Of a stretch of DNA of 64,000 nucleotides, positions 1-14,282 are shown piece by piece (the first letter of the stretch is position 1; every line of letters begins with the position of its first letter). Position numbers and translations under genes: made by a program. The notes under the pieces were generated by a model. The model was not told the DNA's origin. It saw only the letters and a program-made list of their open reading frames with translations, and ran no database searches. This DNA is from Eledone cirrhosa. Lineage: Eukaryota. Location: assembly GCA_964016885.1 (NCBI GenBank), contig OZ024742.1, forward strand, positions 115,754,001 to 115,818,000. Reading direction: 5' to 3'.

Positions 1-794
1 GTTTAAATTCGTAAGTACATAGACATGTCAAAGTTTATGAACGTAATAATAGCAGTATTGATTATACCGATTTAAATTACTCTGGTCCATGAGATAGCTT
101 GATAGAAATAACAGTAAACTCACAGGCAAATCCCAACTAACAACTTGAAAAATATGCATGAACATAACTCAACAAGAGTTTATCGAGACAATACTTCGAC
201 TTGCTAAATATAACAAATAGTTCTTCCTCAAGAAACAAATAAAGAAAGGCGATGTACAAGACAAGTTTATGCACATGCATCTTCACCTTCATCAGCTCTC
301 AAACCAGCAAAACGGTTTCGCACAATAGCAAGAGACGATCAGGGAGCAAGTGGGAGTAAGAAAGGAAAGAAAAAAAATGGAAGAGGAAGAAAAAAATAAT
401 TTGCTATTTGTGACCGAGGGAAAAGAGAAATGAAATATCAGATACAGAGAGCGTGGGGGCAGCAACGAGAATGGGGGATACATAGATTTATAGATAGATC
501 GAATATAAATGGAAAGAAAACTAATTCAAGTAAGAAGGTAAAAAAGAAAGAATAACTAGATTTGATTCTGGGACGGGAGGCCGTCTTCGGGAAGAACAAC
601 AGATTTTGAGACAGGAGAAATACAAACCGTAGGCGATGGAGCAACACGAGAGATGGATTAATGCTACTTAATGGAGATTGCTTACCATGTTCAAGTAATG
701 GCTACAATATCTGAAATTCAGCAATGATTATACACTGATCGATATAATTCATTGCTAAGTGAAATAATCTGAAAAAAATGTTATATTACTATTA

Positions 795-975
<181 letters not shown>

Positions 976-2950
976 TCTCAATCGTATGCCACATTTTGTA
1001 TTTTCATTATATATGTATATATATATGTGTGTGTGTGTCTGTGTAGTGTGTGTTTATACGTATGTATATACAGAGGGAAAAAGAGAGATAATCAGAAGAT
1101 TTTGCAATTACTCTAGAAGCAAAAGAATTATTAATTGTTTTTATTTGCATTATTATCTACATATACGTGTTTGATTGTTTCTGTTGCATAACGATCCATG
1201 CATGAGACGAATAGAAATAGTAGAACAGTTCAATTTCTGTGCACTGGATATAATTTACTTATTCAAAACACCTTATCGGAGATAAAACACTTTAAAGCTC
1301 TGTATGTTTGTAAGTCTATCCATATCAAGAACACCAATAGCATTGCTAAATTGAAAAGAGGAACAACAATGACGGCATTGAACGTATTTAACTTATGAAT
1401 GAAAGGATTGATATGTCATATATACTAGAATTATTTCTTATGAACAATCATACAAAACTTTGAATTTTGTGTTTTGATGCGTTAATAAATAACATGGGGA
1501 AAATCTCGTAGTTTAATGTTGATTACTGAATCTAGGAAGAGATTAAACGTATGAAAGATATCATAATAATTGTTTCTAGAATATCATTGTACATGGAAAT
1601 TCTAAATATATGTGTAAATGACAACCAGCTTTAAATGTATGAGTAATTACAGGAAAAAATGTAGCTTAGAACCCAATAGATTTTGACTGGGAAGCAACAT
1701 TCTTATTATAGCAACATGGCTGAGATATGAAATGCATTCTATTTACATGTCTGAATTTTAAAGTGGTAAAGGCAAACATATACATAAATGAATATACAAA
1801 ACACATGGTGTGTTACTATAGTTGATAGAGATCGTCGTTTTTCATGTTCGTCCTTACGATTAAATAAGCCTGTCGTCAAAGCTGTTCCAATCATAAATAT
1901 CACCCACTTCACTCGAACATTCTGTATCACAGAATGCTATCCGTTATAGCTCTTTCTCTCTTTCTCTCTTCTCTGTCTTCTACCCACCTCTTTCAAATAA
2001 TAGTACGTAATGTGAAGGAAACCAGGCAGCTATTACTAGCATAACGTTATCCTGCTAATATATGTTATTGATTACTTGCCAATAATGAACTGAGAAAGTG
2101 AATATCGTAAAAAACAAAAAAGTTATCTCCAGCTAGGTTCCATAGGTTCTTTCAATAAAATTTAAATAGCAGTTTTATTCGACTGCAAATTATTGTACAA
2201 CATATTTCTCCCCGAAATTTTAAGCCCTGGGTTCTGTCACTACTGTGTGATATCATAGGCAAGTTTTTATTTTTGCCCATGGCTGTATATTGATCCAAGC
2301 CTTCAGGATGAAACTGCGTACACTGCAATTGAATGCTACTCTCAATCTCACAGAGGATTATGTGGCCACGATAATTTAATCTCAAAGCCTTTCCTTTGTC
2401 CGATCACTTCGAATATCATCGACTAAACCAACCGAGGACCAATGATATTTATTTTAATCTCCAATAACAAGTGAATAAACGCACGCAAACGTTATACACT
2501 AGTTTTTCGCTGTATCATAGGAAATCTTTATTTTCTTTCTTTTGTGTTTTCTTTACTTTTGTGTAAATATATTGAAATATTCCGTAAAGGGTCTTCAGTC
2601 AATACATCTGGTATTATATCCAGGGATTAAATATTGTCATAATGCGACTTGAACACATGCCAAACGACAAGGGAGAAGCCCCCAAAGCCAAAGTTCTGTT
2701 ATTGTTTCAAAGATATTGATCAATAGACAAGTCAAGTGTCAGATGTACACTTGACTGACGCTAGACATTTCTTTCTTTTTTGCCTTCCTCATGTCAGCGG
2801 ACTTGACATGCCATATCCTCCTCGCCAAATATATAAAAATACTTTCTCTATTATTCTTTCTCGCTCCTCTAGATTTTTACTCCCTCTCACACTCTTGCAT
2901 GCGTGAATGTGTGAACTGCCTCATGCATTTAACAGTATGTGATGTATGTG

Positions 2951-2951
2951 T

Positions 2952-3045
<94 letters not shown>

Positions 3046-3053
3046 TGGCGAAC

Positions 3054-3090
<37 letters not shown>
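2951..3090. repeat. (CA)n/(TA)n compound microsatellite (one of dozens of TA runs in the window)
   Basis: Direct sequence; explains the YIYIYI ORFs. Confidence 0.97.
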
Positions 3091-3092
<2 letters not shown>

Positions 3093-3760
3093 CACACACA
3101 AATTCATGCACACACATATAGACATTTATATCCAGGGGGATGGTATGCGTGTGTGTGAAATAACATAACATTTCCATACTCTTGTTTTATTCCTTTAGAT
3201 GTAAGACAGTGGTGACTGTTTTCTCTAATGGAGCACATGAGAGAGAAGTATAGCGGCAAATGTGTGTTAGATGCGTTTTGTAGCTCATCACGCACAATCC
3301 GATATGTTTAGTTAAACCACCTGTTGTCAGTTGACGTCTACGATGTTAAGTGTTGGCTAAGCTTTCAAATTTTGTTTAATTCCTAAGGGAAAAACATCAT
3401 GAAATAAGGTCGTATAATGTTGTTTTCTTATTTCATGTTAATTTCATTGGACAGATAAAAGAAATATGTTATTCTATACGACTTCACTTATGTTATAAAC
3501 ACTATGGCAGTTGTTCTTGAAAACAAGGGCAAGAATGACTCGTTGTATTTCTAACTCTAAATCTAACACTATTGGTTAGAAATTTGATTTCAATATTGAA
3601 AGTTATTGGTTTAGATAAGCGGATCAGTTGCCGCGTCGTTGCTTTAGTTTACTCTAAGTAAGTGATTCTAAACCAGTGTGCCTCAGCACACAGCTGTGTT
3701 GCGAGATCTTCCTAAGTGTGCCGCGAAATTGTGAATGGCACACTAAGAACAAAAATATTA

Positions 3761-4678
3761 TCTATATATATAAAACTGTGGTTGTCTGTCTGTCTATCGA
3801 TTTTTGGCACACATCTCCTCTTAGAATCTCTCACGGAATTGCACCCAAATTGCTATACTTGTACATTGAGCCCTAGCGAAGACATCGGAAAAAAAAATTT
3901 CAAATTGACCCACCCTATGTGACGAAATCGAATATAATGTATCGATTTTTGAGCGTAAGTTATCAGTTATTTCCCTTTGTTCTGTTTACATTGAGCGTCT
4001 TACGTAAAAAAGTACGCTGGCTTTAACAGTTGTCGAGCCAACAAAATATTGACCTGCAAAATTCATCAGTTCGAACACTAAGCTTCCGTTTTGCTTCATT
4101 TCCATTTAAAAGCATTTTAAAACAATATTTTTACTTGAAAACAAGTCTATTTAAAGACTACGTAAAACAAGCAAATATTTCGTCGTTAGGCGTGCAGACA
4201 GACAGTCGTGCAGAGAGGTGATATACGCGTGCAGAGAGGTGATATAGGCGTGCAGACAGACAGTCGTGCAGAGAGGTGATATAGGCGTGCAGACAGATAG
4301 TCATGCAGAGAGGTGATATAGGCGTGCAGACAGACAGTCGTGCCGAGAGGTGATATAGGCGTGCAGACAGACATAACTGATAATTTGGTTACGCTAATGT
4401 TTTTCTCTGCGTTACAGTGTTTACATTTTCGATCTTTGTTAATAAATAACCAGTGCAGTTTTTATCCCCAGCATCCTCTTTTGTTATAACATTCGGGTTA
4501 TCGTTATGTTTTCTTAACTTCATAAGGCATATTGTTGGTTGAGGGAATATTAATCAAAAACACCACATGCAAGTCTGCACAGTAGACACCACAGTTTTTA
4601 AGCCAAAAAAGAAACTTAACATTGTAACTTTAACACAGCTACTGAGCGACCCCGAGCAACGCCGGGCTTTACTGCTAG
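3761..4678 (+). mobile_element. Non-autonomous Helitron
   Basis: Starts TCTATATATATAAAA after an A; ends with GC-rich hairpin CCCGAGC-AAC-GCCGGG, 8 nt, then CTAG followed by T; inserted between A and T with no TSD. Confidence 0.85.
4188..4373 (+). repeat. 37-bp minisatellite (AGGCGTGCAGACAGACAGTCGTGCAGAGAGGTGATAT), about 5 units, inside the Helitron
   Basis: Direct tandem units, one shortened; no unique spacers. Confidence 0.92.
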
Positions 4679-5246
4679 TATATGATAAAGTTAAAAAATC
4701 TATATGAAAATTATTATTTTTCATATATATTTAGCCAGGTGTGCCGCTATTTTTTCATGTTTTCCAAGGTGTGCCGTTGGCAAAACAAGGTTGAGAACCA
4801 CTGCTCTAAGTGATTGACTAGAAGCAGCATTTGGGAGTGGGATCTTGTACATTCAGTCATTCAACATCACATAACACCGGGTGGCAGTCACTGGTATGAG
4901 AGATACTATAACCTTTTGTTTTAATTGCTGTATTTTTCAAGAAAAAATCAAAATAATAGATTGGCTTTCTAGCATCTAAACTTAGTGTAAAGCCTGTCCC
5001 TAAATCCATAATTCCTGCTTAAGTTTCAGAGTAAAATAATGCTATTGTTGTTTTAATTCGGATATGTCCTGTTTAAGTAGATATATAGTGAAAAATATAC
5101 TAATAGTAAGCGTATTGTCTTTTCTTGTATTTAACAATATAATCCCACTGCCAATCTTTTGGCGATGCTATGATCGGATTTCTACGATTTCTAACTGACC
5201 GATTAACCTCGACAAGACTTCCTCCTTCATTGGCGTATGTACTGAA

Positions 5247-5324
<78 letters not shown>

Positions 5325-5408
5325 CAGTAGCAGTAGCAGCAGTAGTAGTAGTAGTAGCAGTAGTAGTAATAGTAGTAGTAGTAGTTGTAGTAGTAGTGGT
5401 AGTAGTAG
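5247..5408. repeat. (AGT)n/(AGC)n trinucleotide microsatellite
   Basis: Direct sequence; explains the poly-S and poly-Y ORFs. Confidence 0.97.
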
Positions 5409-7232
5409 CTGTTATAGTTTTCGAAAAGGACGCTGATCAAATACATTATTCCAGCCCTAGTAAACTCGACGTTTCATATCTGCTTAAAATACACAATCCA
5501 ACGTAATTTTCGAAGCGGTAGAATACGAATTGTATGTGGATAGTTTCCAGGAGGAAGGTATTTACTGTAGATTTCTACAGCGAATAAAATAGTGTATATT
5601 TTTAATGTGATTCTATCGACAATAATTTGCTGTGTAACATGAAGTCTTAGCTTCGCCTTGGAACTTGAATAAAAACGAAATATGACAGGAGTTTCCTCCT
5701 GTAGTTGCTTAAAGAATCAAACTAACATTATGCAATTATTGATATAAATTCTCATTTCTGCATAATTATTTCTAGTTGAATTCTTAATAATCCATGCATA
5801 AAATATACAAACACAATTTTTAAAATCGGAACAATAAATGTTAACATAATGGATAATGTATATGAATATTATTCTATATTTTATATAAATATATCATATT
5901 AAATGTTATATTATATATATTAATATGTGACACATATATAATATACCATCTATAAATAATGTATTAAATATGTTAGCACTTACTTTGCTATTTTGCAACT
6001 AACATCGATAAATATCATTTCACAAGCAAAACAAGTTTCAATAGGAATAGAAAACATCTACCCATATTTGTTTACAATATACAGGGTGATTGAAAACTAT
6101 ATGTACATGTTCATCAGCCTAGTTAACAATGGGACGCAAATCTCACTCAAATCTTAAACGAAGGTTTATTATTTTTATTCTGTTTGTATGCGAGGATTTC
6201 AGAGGCTTATAAACAGATAGAAAATAATTAAAAATGTATTCCCAAACCAAGGACCTGGTCAAAATAACTGCCATAGATAAACTTCTCTGAAAGAAAGCAG
6301 GTCTGCCCGCAAAGACTTAAAATGTCATAGGAGACCTTTGATGATATAATCTTAGATTGATAGTAAATGCGAAACCATCATGACTGGACAGACTGAGCTG
6401 CTTGCTCATAATTTACCTTCGTTCCCAAACTAAATCTGTCAACAAACACAACATAGGATATTTAAAACAAATCAATTGAGAGGGCATCGTAATCGGCAGC
6501 TCTGGCACAAAGGCTGTTAGTAGATTCTACTATGATTTAATCTATATTCCGCGCATATCTCTTTCTTTACCTTCGACCGTAGTACCGTAAAAACAGAAAT
6601 CGTTATCATTGGGGAAAATAAACATTTGCTATATGTGATTTAAACTCTATACAGTTAAAATATGATGCTAAATATGCTAAATCGTTTTTGTGTATTGTTC
6701 CCTCAAACACACACACACAAACACACTTGTATATATATATATATATAGACATACATAAACGTATATATGTGTCAGTAATCAACACAAAATATAAGGTATG
6801 ATGGATACATATAAATATATATTAATTATATTTATGTTTCTGGGCATTGTTGCATTTTATCGGCTACGTCATTTCGAATTTTGTTAGGTAATATATTATG
6901 TTTTTTCATATTATTCCAGTATCGTGTGAGTTTTATAGCTCTAAAATCACATTGAAATTTTATGATAGAAAGATGAAGATAAGAGTTTATTAGTATTACT
7001 TGAGAAATTAGTATTTAAAAAATAGATTCTGTGTTCGTCATTGTTAATCGAAACAGAAGTGATATCAGGATATTCTTTAACAATGGGAGTAAAATAAAGA
7101 ATATGGAAATTAAAACTTTAAAATTATTAAGATAACACCATTAACTGGTATCGCAATTAGCCAACAAAACGTCTATCTGTGGTTCTTATAAATATAAATA
7201 TCCGTTAGACGAGATCTCCACTTGAAACTATT

Positions 7233-7265
<33 letters not shown>

Positions 7266-7270
7266 ATATT

Positions 7271-7349
<79 letters not shown>

Positions 7350-7422
7350 GTGGAAGGATATTATGAAAGCGTATATGTACACGCTGTGTTGGCTTTTTGC
7401 TACACAGTTTTCTATACCTTTC

Positions 7423-7458
<36 letters not shown>

Positions 7459-7503
7459 GTAAATATATACGTATAATATACGTATAATAAACACTTATAA
7501 ACG

Positions 7504-7545
<42 letters not shown>

Positions 7546-7562
7546 ATGTATATATATATATG

Positions 7563-7840
7563 TCAGGTCACCAGTTGGTGCTACTGGTAACATGTATTCC
7601 AGACAACCTCTCCCATGGTCGGGTCGTTGGCGACTAAACTGGTAACCCCACCAAGGTTTCTTGGTGACGAGAGTGACTTTGGACATCCTGCAGGACTAAA
7701 AACAAAACCTGTCAAAGGGCAAAGGAGCTCTTAAGAGTCTATGGACATCCAAAATCACCGGGAGAGATGACACCTTAGCCTTTGTCAAGGCATAATTCTA
7801 GAAGAAGGAAAACTCTGATATAATACCTGCAACCCTGATA
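7563..7840 (+). mobile_element. Probable 5' UTR fragment of an RTE-clade LINE or RTE-derived non-autonomous element
   Basis: GC-richer island after a TA run, containing TAGAAGAAGGAAAACTCTGA, which resembles a motif I recall from RTE 5' regions; not verified by search. Confidence 0.45.
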
Positions 7841-10159
7841 GTATCCAACGATGTTGACTCGTTCTTCTTTTTGGTAAATATCATCTTGGTTAAGAGAGTG
7901 GGACTGGCTTTGTGCAGTGCCTTTGCTCACTATAAAAGCTTCACGGCACAAGCATTGCTTTATATCTGGAGATCTCCCTTTACTTGTCGTCACATGGTAC
8001 CATGGGCCCAGCACTATGTGTCAATAATTGTCACAAGTGTAGTGATTGTACCAGAGTTTTCAAGTCAATGGCTGGACAAAACGTCACACTCGTAGGGGTT
8101 CGGTAGCGCTTCTCCTACATGGATATAAAGTAGTGGCCGTACTCGAAAACGAATTGGCAGTCCCCATATATATATATATATATATATATCTTAATATCTC
8201 CAGTGGGTGAATCCAGGATTGGGCATGTTCGATGAAAACATGATACTTAATGAATATACAGTCACATAAGCATACATAATTACACAAGCGTATATGTATA
8301 CACGCGCGTGTATATCCATGAACAAGGCACAATTTCCGCAGACAGAATCATGTATATACGGACAAGTCATATCTTTCATATCACACAAACTTAAAAGAAA
8401 ACATCGTATGCATACTAGTACATGTAATTCACACATAATATAGATATGAGCACATACCACACACCCATGCCAATAGTATTGCTGTTTCAAAAACATATAC
8501 GTGAGGATGTTATGAATTGTATTAATGGAAATAATAACCTATGTCACATAAGCACAAGATCAGAAATATTAGGTGATGGAAGCCTCGACATTATCAATCT
8601 CAGTACTTGTTTTATCAATCTCAGGTGGTTGAAAATCAATGATACATTTGGTAGGATTTGAATTTAGAATGTAGAGAAAGGTAATTAAATATCACAAGTA
8701 AGTTTGTCCGGTGCTATAAGAAATTCCGTCAAAACCATTGCAACGTACGTTTTTCTTAATATACGAATATCTTGCGATTGTATAGAATTTTTAAATCTTC
8801 GAATCGATATATTCTTGGAAGGTATTTTGAGCTGCATGTTGATGATATTCTTTTGGAAAATGCAGTAATTATAATTCTTGAAAAACGTTGGACATAAACA
8901 ATGCCGACTTTTGTAAACGTGTTTGATGGCCATCAACACTCTGGAGATTTAGTAATCGATGAATGCATGTGACTGATACATTGTTTGAATATAACTCTGG
9001 ATCTGGAAGCTGTGTAGGCACTTCACATCAGTTCAGCACCTTTGAAAATACCATCAGGTTATTGTATAGATTCCCTTTTCCATCATATTCCAGAATACAC
9101 GAAATCAAAATAAAAGTGATTAGTATATTACATTACAATGATTTTTATTTGTTTTTGTTGAACTTATATGACACTCATTTGTCAAGTCATTTTGACGTTC
9201 TGTAGTAATGTAAATGTCAAACAATGTATAGTTGTTCTCTAATACAATCTTCTGAGTGGTGGTGCAAGTGTCAGCGTTAAAAATATCTCTCATTTAGTCA
9301 CGTTCGATCGGTAAGCTTAGTCCATCATCTTCATCGTCTTTCTGTTGTCGCATTCATTGAGAAATATATGAAGGCAGTGTAGAGCAGAGTGTACACAAAT
9401 AATCACGAGTAATCTCTTGATTAAATGAGATTTGTGTTTAGCGCTTTTTTCATTTTAATCTCATTCATTAAAATAACTGTTTTGTAACTTTAATTAAACT
9501 GATGAAAATGAACATGAATGAAAAATGAGAACAGAAATATTAGAATATATCAGTAGAAAGAAATTTGCACTTCAGAACCGTGTACTAGCTGAACATACTT
9601 AGTTAAAAGTTCATTCCAAAATAAACATAATCATTTAAGATGACAAAAAAAAAAGACAGTTGTTTCTCTATAAAACTAATACATAATTCATAAGAATATA
9701 CATTCTTTTAAACATCGAGGTTATTTTTGTTTATTTTATTTTCAGCGATGAGTCTTGCAGTTATTCGATCAACGGAATAGTAGCTCCTGTAGTTACTGTG
9801 CAATAGAATAAGCATTCCATAGAAGTCTCTATAATTAACGAGAATCTTCAGCTGAATCAAGATATCAGTGTGCTGACCAGACTTGATGAGTGATTTACAA
9901 GAAGATTCCAAAGCCGACCATTAGTTTAAGTTAGATCTATTATTCCACTGTTGAGCTATGATAATCTGATGTCTGTCACATTTGCAACGAACATCAGACA
10001 ACGAAAGAGGAGTGGGATTATTCGTTATCCATTTTTAATGTCTTTCTATTCGTTTTTGTTTTTTGTTCATCTATCTCCTATGAATAATCATAGTAATTGA
10101 CACAGTCATATGCTCGTTGTTCTTTACACTGCTGTAAAATCTCCCCTTTCGTCTCTCTC

Positions 10160-10245
<86 letters not shown>

Positions 10246-10818
10246 GCTCATACCTTCAGATAATTCTAGTTCGTATCTCTTCTCCTCTATAGCCTATTGC
10301 TAGCTAGGCTATGTTTGTCTTTAAATAGTCCAATACCATACTAGGTACACGTATATCTCCTTCTCTCGACTTTCTCATTGACTTTGTTTCAAATAGCTAT
10401 CCTTCGAATGATCCGAATAATTTCATACTTATTCAAACCGGTTACATATCATTTTGTTTGGTGTTCTTGCATTATACTTTCGGCGCATCGTTCGATTTTT
10501 GTCTCGATATCTTACAAATCACTCAAAGGAATTACTGAACCTATTGTATTCTGTTGCTTGCCGGAATATGTTTCTGCCCAGTTGGTCCCTGTACTTGTGG
10601 GTTATTGGTACATTGATACGTGTGATACTAAACACAAGCGTGATACTAAACACAAGCGTTGAAATCACAAGTACACCAACCAACAGCAAGGGTGTAGTGT
10701 ATTACGTTGCCCATTTGATTCATGGCCTGATACTTTCGTTTCTTTATTTTCAAACCTTTCATGATTGTTGACATCTTTGATAATAACCGCCACAGAGATA
10801 CGGAATGGTCAGAACTTG

Positions 10819-10933
<115 letters not shown>

Positions 10934-11328
10934 CTATCTACACACACACACAAACACATGCTTACGCACGTGCTCAAGTATTGCTCCTTTTACAAAAGTG
11001 TTTTTTTTCCATTTCAGCTAGACGCGCGCCATCATCCACTTTTCTAGAAAGAAATCGCCAGCACCAGCCATTTTGCAAGAGATGTCAACGTCAATGGACC
11101 TAGTGTTTTTATCTAAAGAAATTTTGTTTCCGAATCCATCCCGCCCGTCCGCTTAACCTATTTTATTTCTCATTCTTTCTTCTGGTAATGGACTAGCGTC
11201 CGAAAAGTTAAGACCCTCTTCCTGATATATCAAGCGTTAATCTAATATATACCTTCCATATACTGTACCGATTGTGTTGTTATTTCTGTTTACCTTTTAC
11301 ATACATATATATATATATATACTGCATA

Positions 11329-11413
<85 letters not shown>

Positions 11414-11422
11414 GTATATTTA

Positions 11423-11496
<74 letters not shown>

Positions 11497-11559
11497 CGGC
11501 AAAAGGGACAAGATTTGTTATCAAGGCTTGCACTTTCCATTACACATTGTTTGCTAACA

Positions 11560-11635
11560 TAGTGGACTAGAGATATGTGAAGTTAAGTGTCTTCATCAAC
11601 GAAACGAAGTGCCGCGAGGAATTGAATTTCGAACT
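11560..11635 (-). mobile_element. Degenerate tRNA-derived (CORE-like) SINE fragment
   Basis: AGTGGACTAGAG...GTGAAGTTAAGTGTCTT...GGAATTGAA resembles the reverse complement of a B-box plus CORE-type segment. Confidence 0.4.
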
Positions 11636-11739
11636 TACTAAACACAGACATGCCTATAGATAAATATATATTTATATGTGTAACGCCATACTCACATTCT
11701 CACTATGTACACACATACACACATACGTACACACACATA

Positions 11740-11826
<87 letters not shown>

Positions 11827-11833
11827 GTATATA

Positions 11834-11994
11834 TACTCAATACTTAGGGTAGTAGAGTGTGTAATAGGAAAATGTTTGACGGCAATTTCTGGACCAGCCC
11901 TCAAACATGTTCCTATTACCCACTCTACTACCCTAAGTATTGAGTACTATGGTGCATTGTGGTCCATCTAGTTCTTACCACACCTCCTTTGTTA
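11834..11994. mobile_element. Short inverted-repeat (MITE-like) element within TA runs
   Basis: ~45-bp arms TACTCAATACTTAGGGTAGTAGAGTG..GTAATAGGAA..TGTTTGA and their reverse complement around a ~20-nt spacer; the same terminus recurs at 24963-25050. Confidence 0.7.
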
Positions 11995-12146
11995 TATATA
12001 TATATATATATATATATACACGGTCGGAATTTTACGTAACTTTACACACAAACTGCATCTCCCCATGCATTGAGTACTCCCATTATTAGTAGTCCCGCCG
12101 GTCTCAGCACTGCAACCCCCTTCTCTCTTTCTCTCTCCCTCTCTCT

Positions 12147-12193
<47 letters not shown>

Positions 12194-13437
12194 TAAATGT
12201 ATATAGTATACATACGTACATACAAGTTCTTATATACCTAACTACATATACAAATATACGGCAAGTATTATAAATTATAGGAATGAATCAGTAAAATGAA
12301 TTCTTACCCAAAGACAGTAATTTTAATGCAATTTTCTAAATTACTATTTTCTACCGATTTTGATAATCACTGAAAGGGGAGCATCAAACAAAATGCTAAA
12401 AACAGTAATTTTCTATCGATTTCCCTATTTCCGACAGCATATTGTGCCATGACATAGCTTGGAAGCAGACGTCCCTCTTGTTACAGGGGAGAATATATTC
12501 TATATGTTAAATCGGTGAAACGAAAGCCTATGTATAATATATATGTCCATGGAAATAATTGATTTGATAGAGTACATTCTGCAAGCATATTGATCATTGT
12601 TATTCCATTGGGGAATGCAGGACCAGTCTGTTGTAGTATGTATTTTATGTGACTTCCAATAGAATAGCAGCAATACTAAAACATTTTACGTAGTTCAGCA
12701 GTTGTGGTTGAGAATGCCCTAATCAAGGCTGATGTTACTGTTTGGCCATTGTTCAGCAGATAATAGTATAACATTATTATCGGTGATGCGAAGAAATACA
12801 TATATGCGTATAAGTGTGTGTGTATGTCTGCACAAACACACATACAACCACATGTGTATGTGCGTATTCGTAGATAACTATATACGTATGTAAACATATT
12901 CAAATATACATAGGTAACTTATGTTAGATTAATGTGCTATTTTGTATGGAAAGTATTTATTATATGACATTAGAATGTTATTGAGCTTATATATATTTAT
13001 ATATTTCCATTACCTGAAAATTCTAATCTGTTTGTGGGGTAGGGTAAATGTGTTAGTATGTTTGTGTATTGATGCTTGTGTAACTCAGTGTATAAGTATT
13101 TCCCCTATAGTATTTGCTAAGTCAATAATATACCCAATAAAATGTAAATGTCCAGCTGATAATATAATTGAATACAAAGCAAATGACATTTTCGAACTTT
13201 AGCATGGATTACAAGAATATTTCTTATATTATCGTCACTACATCTTTATAAGTACTAACATGTCATTTTAGAGGAAATGACTTGACACTTGTAATATCAC
13301 AGACATTGAAGTCACGTATATCTTGAAAGTACACAAAACCCTGTACTCCTGCAGAGCGATTATTTTAATTGTTTTTCTTCTGGGAATCTGGGAATGAAAC
13401 TGTATCAACATTGTATAGGAAAATGTATATAAATGTA

Positions 13438-13482
<45 letters not shown>

Positions 13483-13930
13483 GATATTAACAAATGGAAA
13501 CTATATTTATAAAACCATATTTATTTCATTATACATATTTCAAGGACACCAAGTTAAATTATGGATAAAATATAATATAGATCAGTTTTAAAAATAAATA
13601 TTGACATACCCTTAAAGAATGCAACCATTACTGTTGGAAGCTCCCGGATTGTGGAGGTGTAGCTTTAATTATATTATTAGTATTGGATATTTTTAAAATA
13701 AGCCGTTGGGTTACGGAGAAAGAGAAGTAAGCAGAACAACAGAGAGAGAAAGATACAGAAAAAAGGTAATATATACTTACCTATACGAATAAGTAATGGT
13801 ATTAACATAACATATACTTAGCTACCATATCAAGACGTAAAATATACGCGTATAGTTCGTACTATCCGTTAGGGTGAAGATACCGTTAAGGGTGAAAGCT
13901 GCGATTCTTTGCTTAAACTTTGATCTGTTA

Positions 13931-13980
<50 letters not shown>

Positions 13981-14214
13981 TACATTTAAAAAAAAAATAT
14001 ATTTTCACTAGCCCTGAGACTTGGCAGTTGAACAGTGACTGTACTGATGAAGGTTAATGCCCAGATACATTAGTATCTGCAGTTCTGTTTACATGCCAAC
14101 ACAAGAGCAAGAATGAGGGGATCATTCTACTGACATGGCTTTAAAAATGAGGCTTGTTTGCATAATTGTAAACGAATCGAATATTATTATTAATATTCGA
14201 AAAACGCAGATTAC

Positions 14215-14282
<68 letters not shown>

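Larger units (their letters stand above)
3660..4803. mobile_element. Non-autonomous hAT (Charlie-like) MITE, ~226 bp once the nested Helitron is removed
   Basis: Terminal inverted repeats aAGTGATTCTAAACC ... GGTTGAGAACCACTG; perfect 8-bp target-site duplication CTCTAAGT at 3652-3659 and 4804-4811; subterminal GTGTGCCG motifs. Confidence 0.85.

Noticed and set aside
4188-4373. 37-bp repeats resembling a CRISPR array
   Set aside because: The units are contiguous with no unique spacers, there are no cas genes, and the context is a eukaryotic Helitron.
6079-6110. TACAGGGTGATTGAAAA, resembling a Tc1/mariner TIR
   Set aside because: No partner TIR or transposase found nearby.
9720-9750. Polypyrimidine plus CAG splice-acceptor-like sites (also ~16770, ~25990)
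   Set aside because: No supportable exon ORF or donor; such motifs are common in AT-rich DNA.
13872-13902. GTGAAGA-T-ACC..GGT-GAAAGC hammerhead-like string
   Set aside because: The core C is missing and there is no stem I pairing; too weak.
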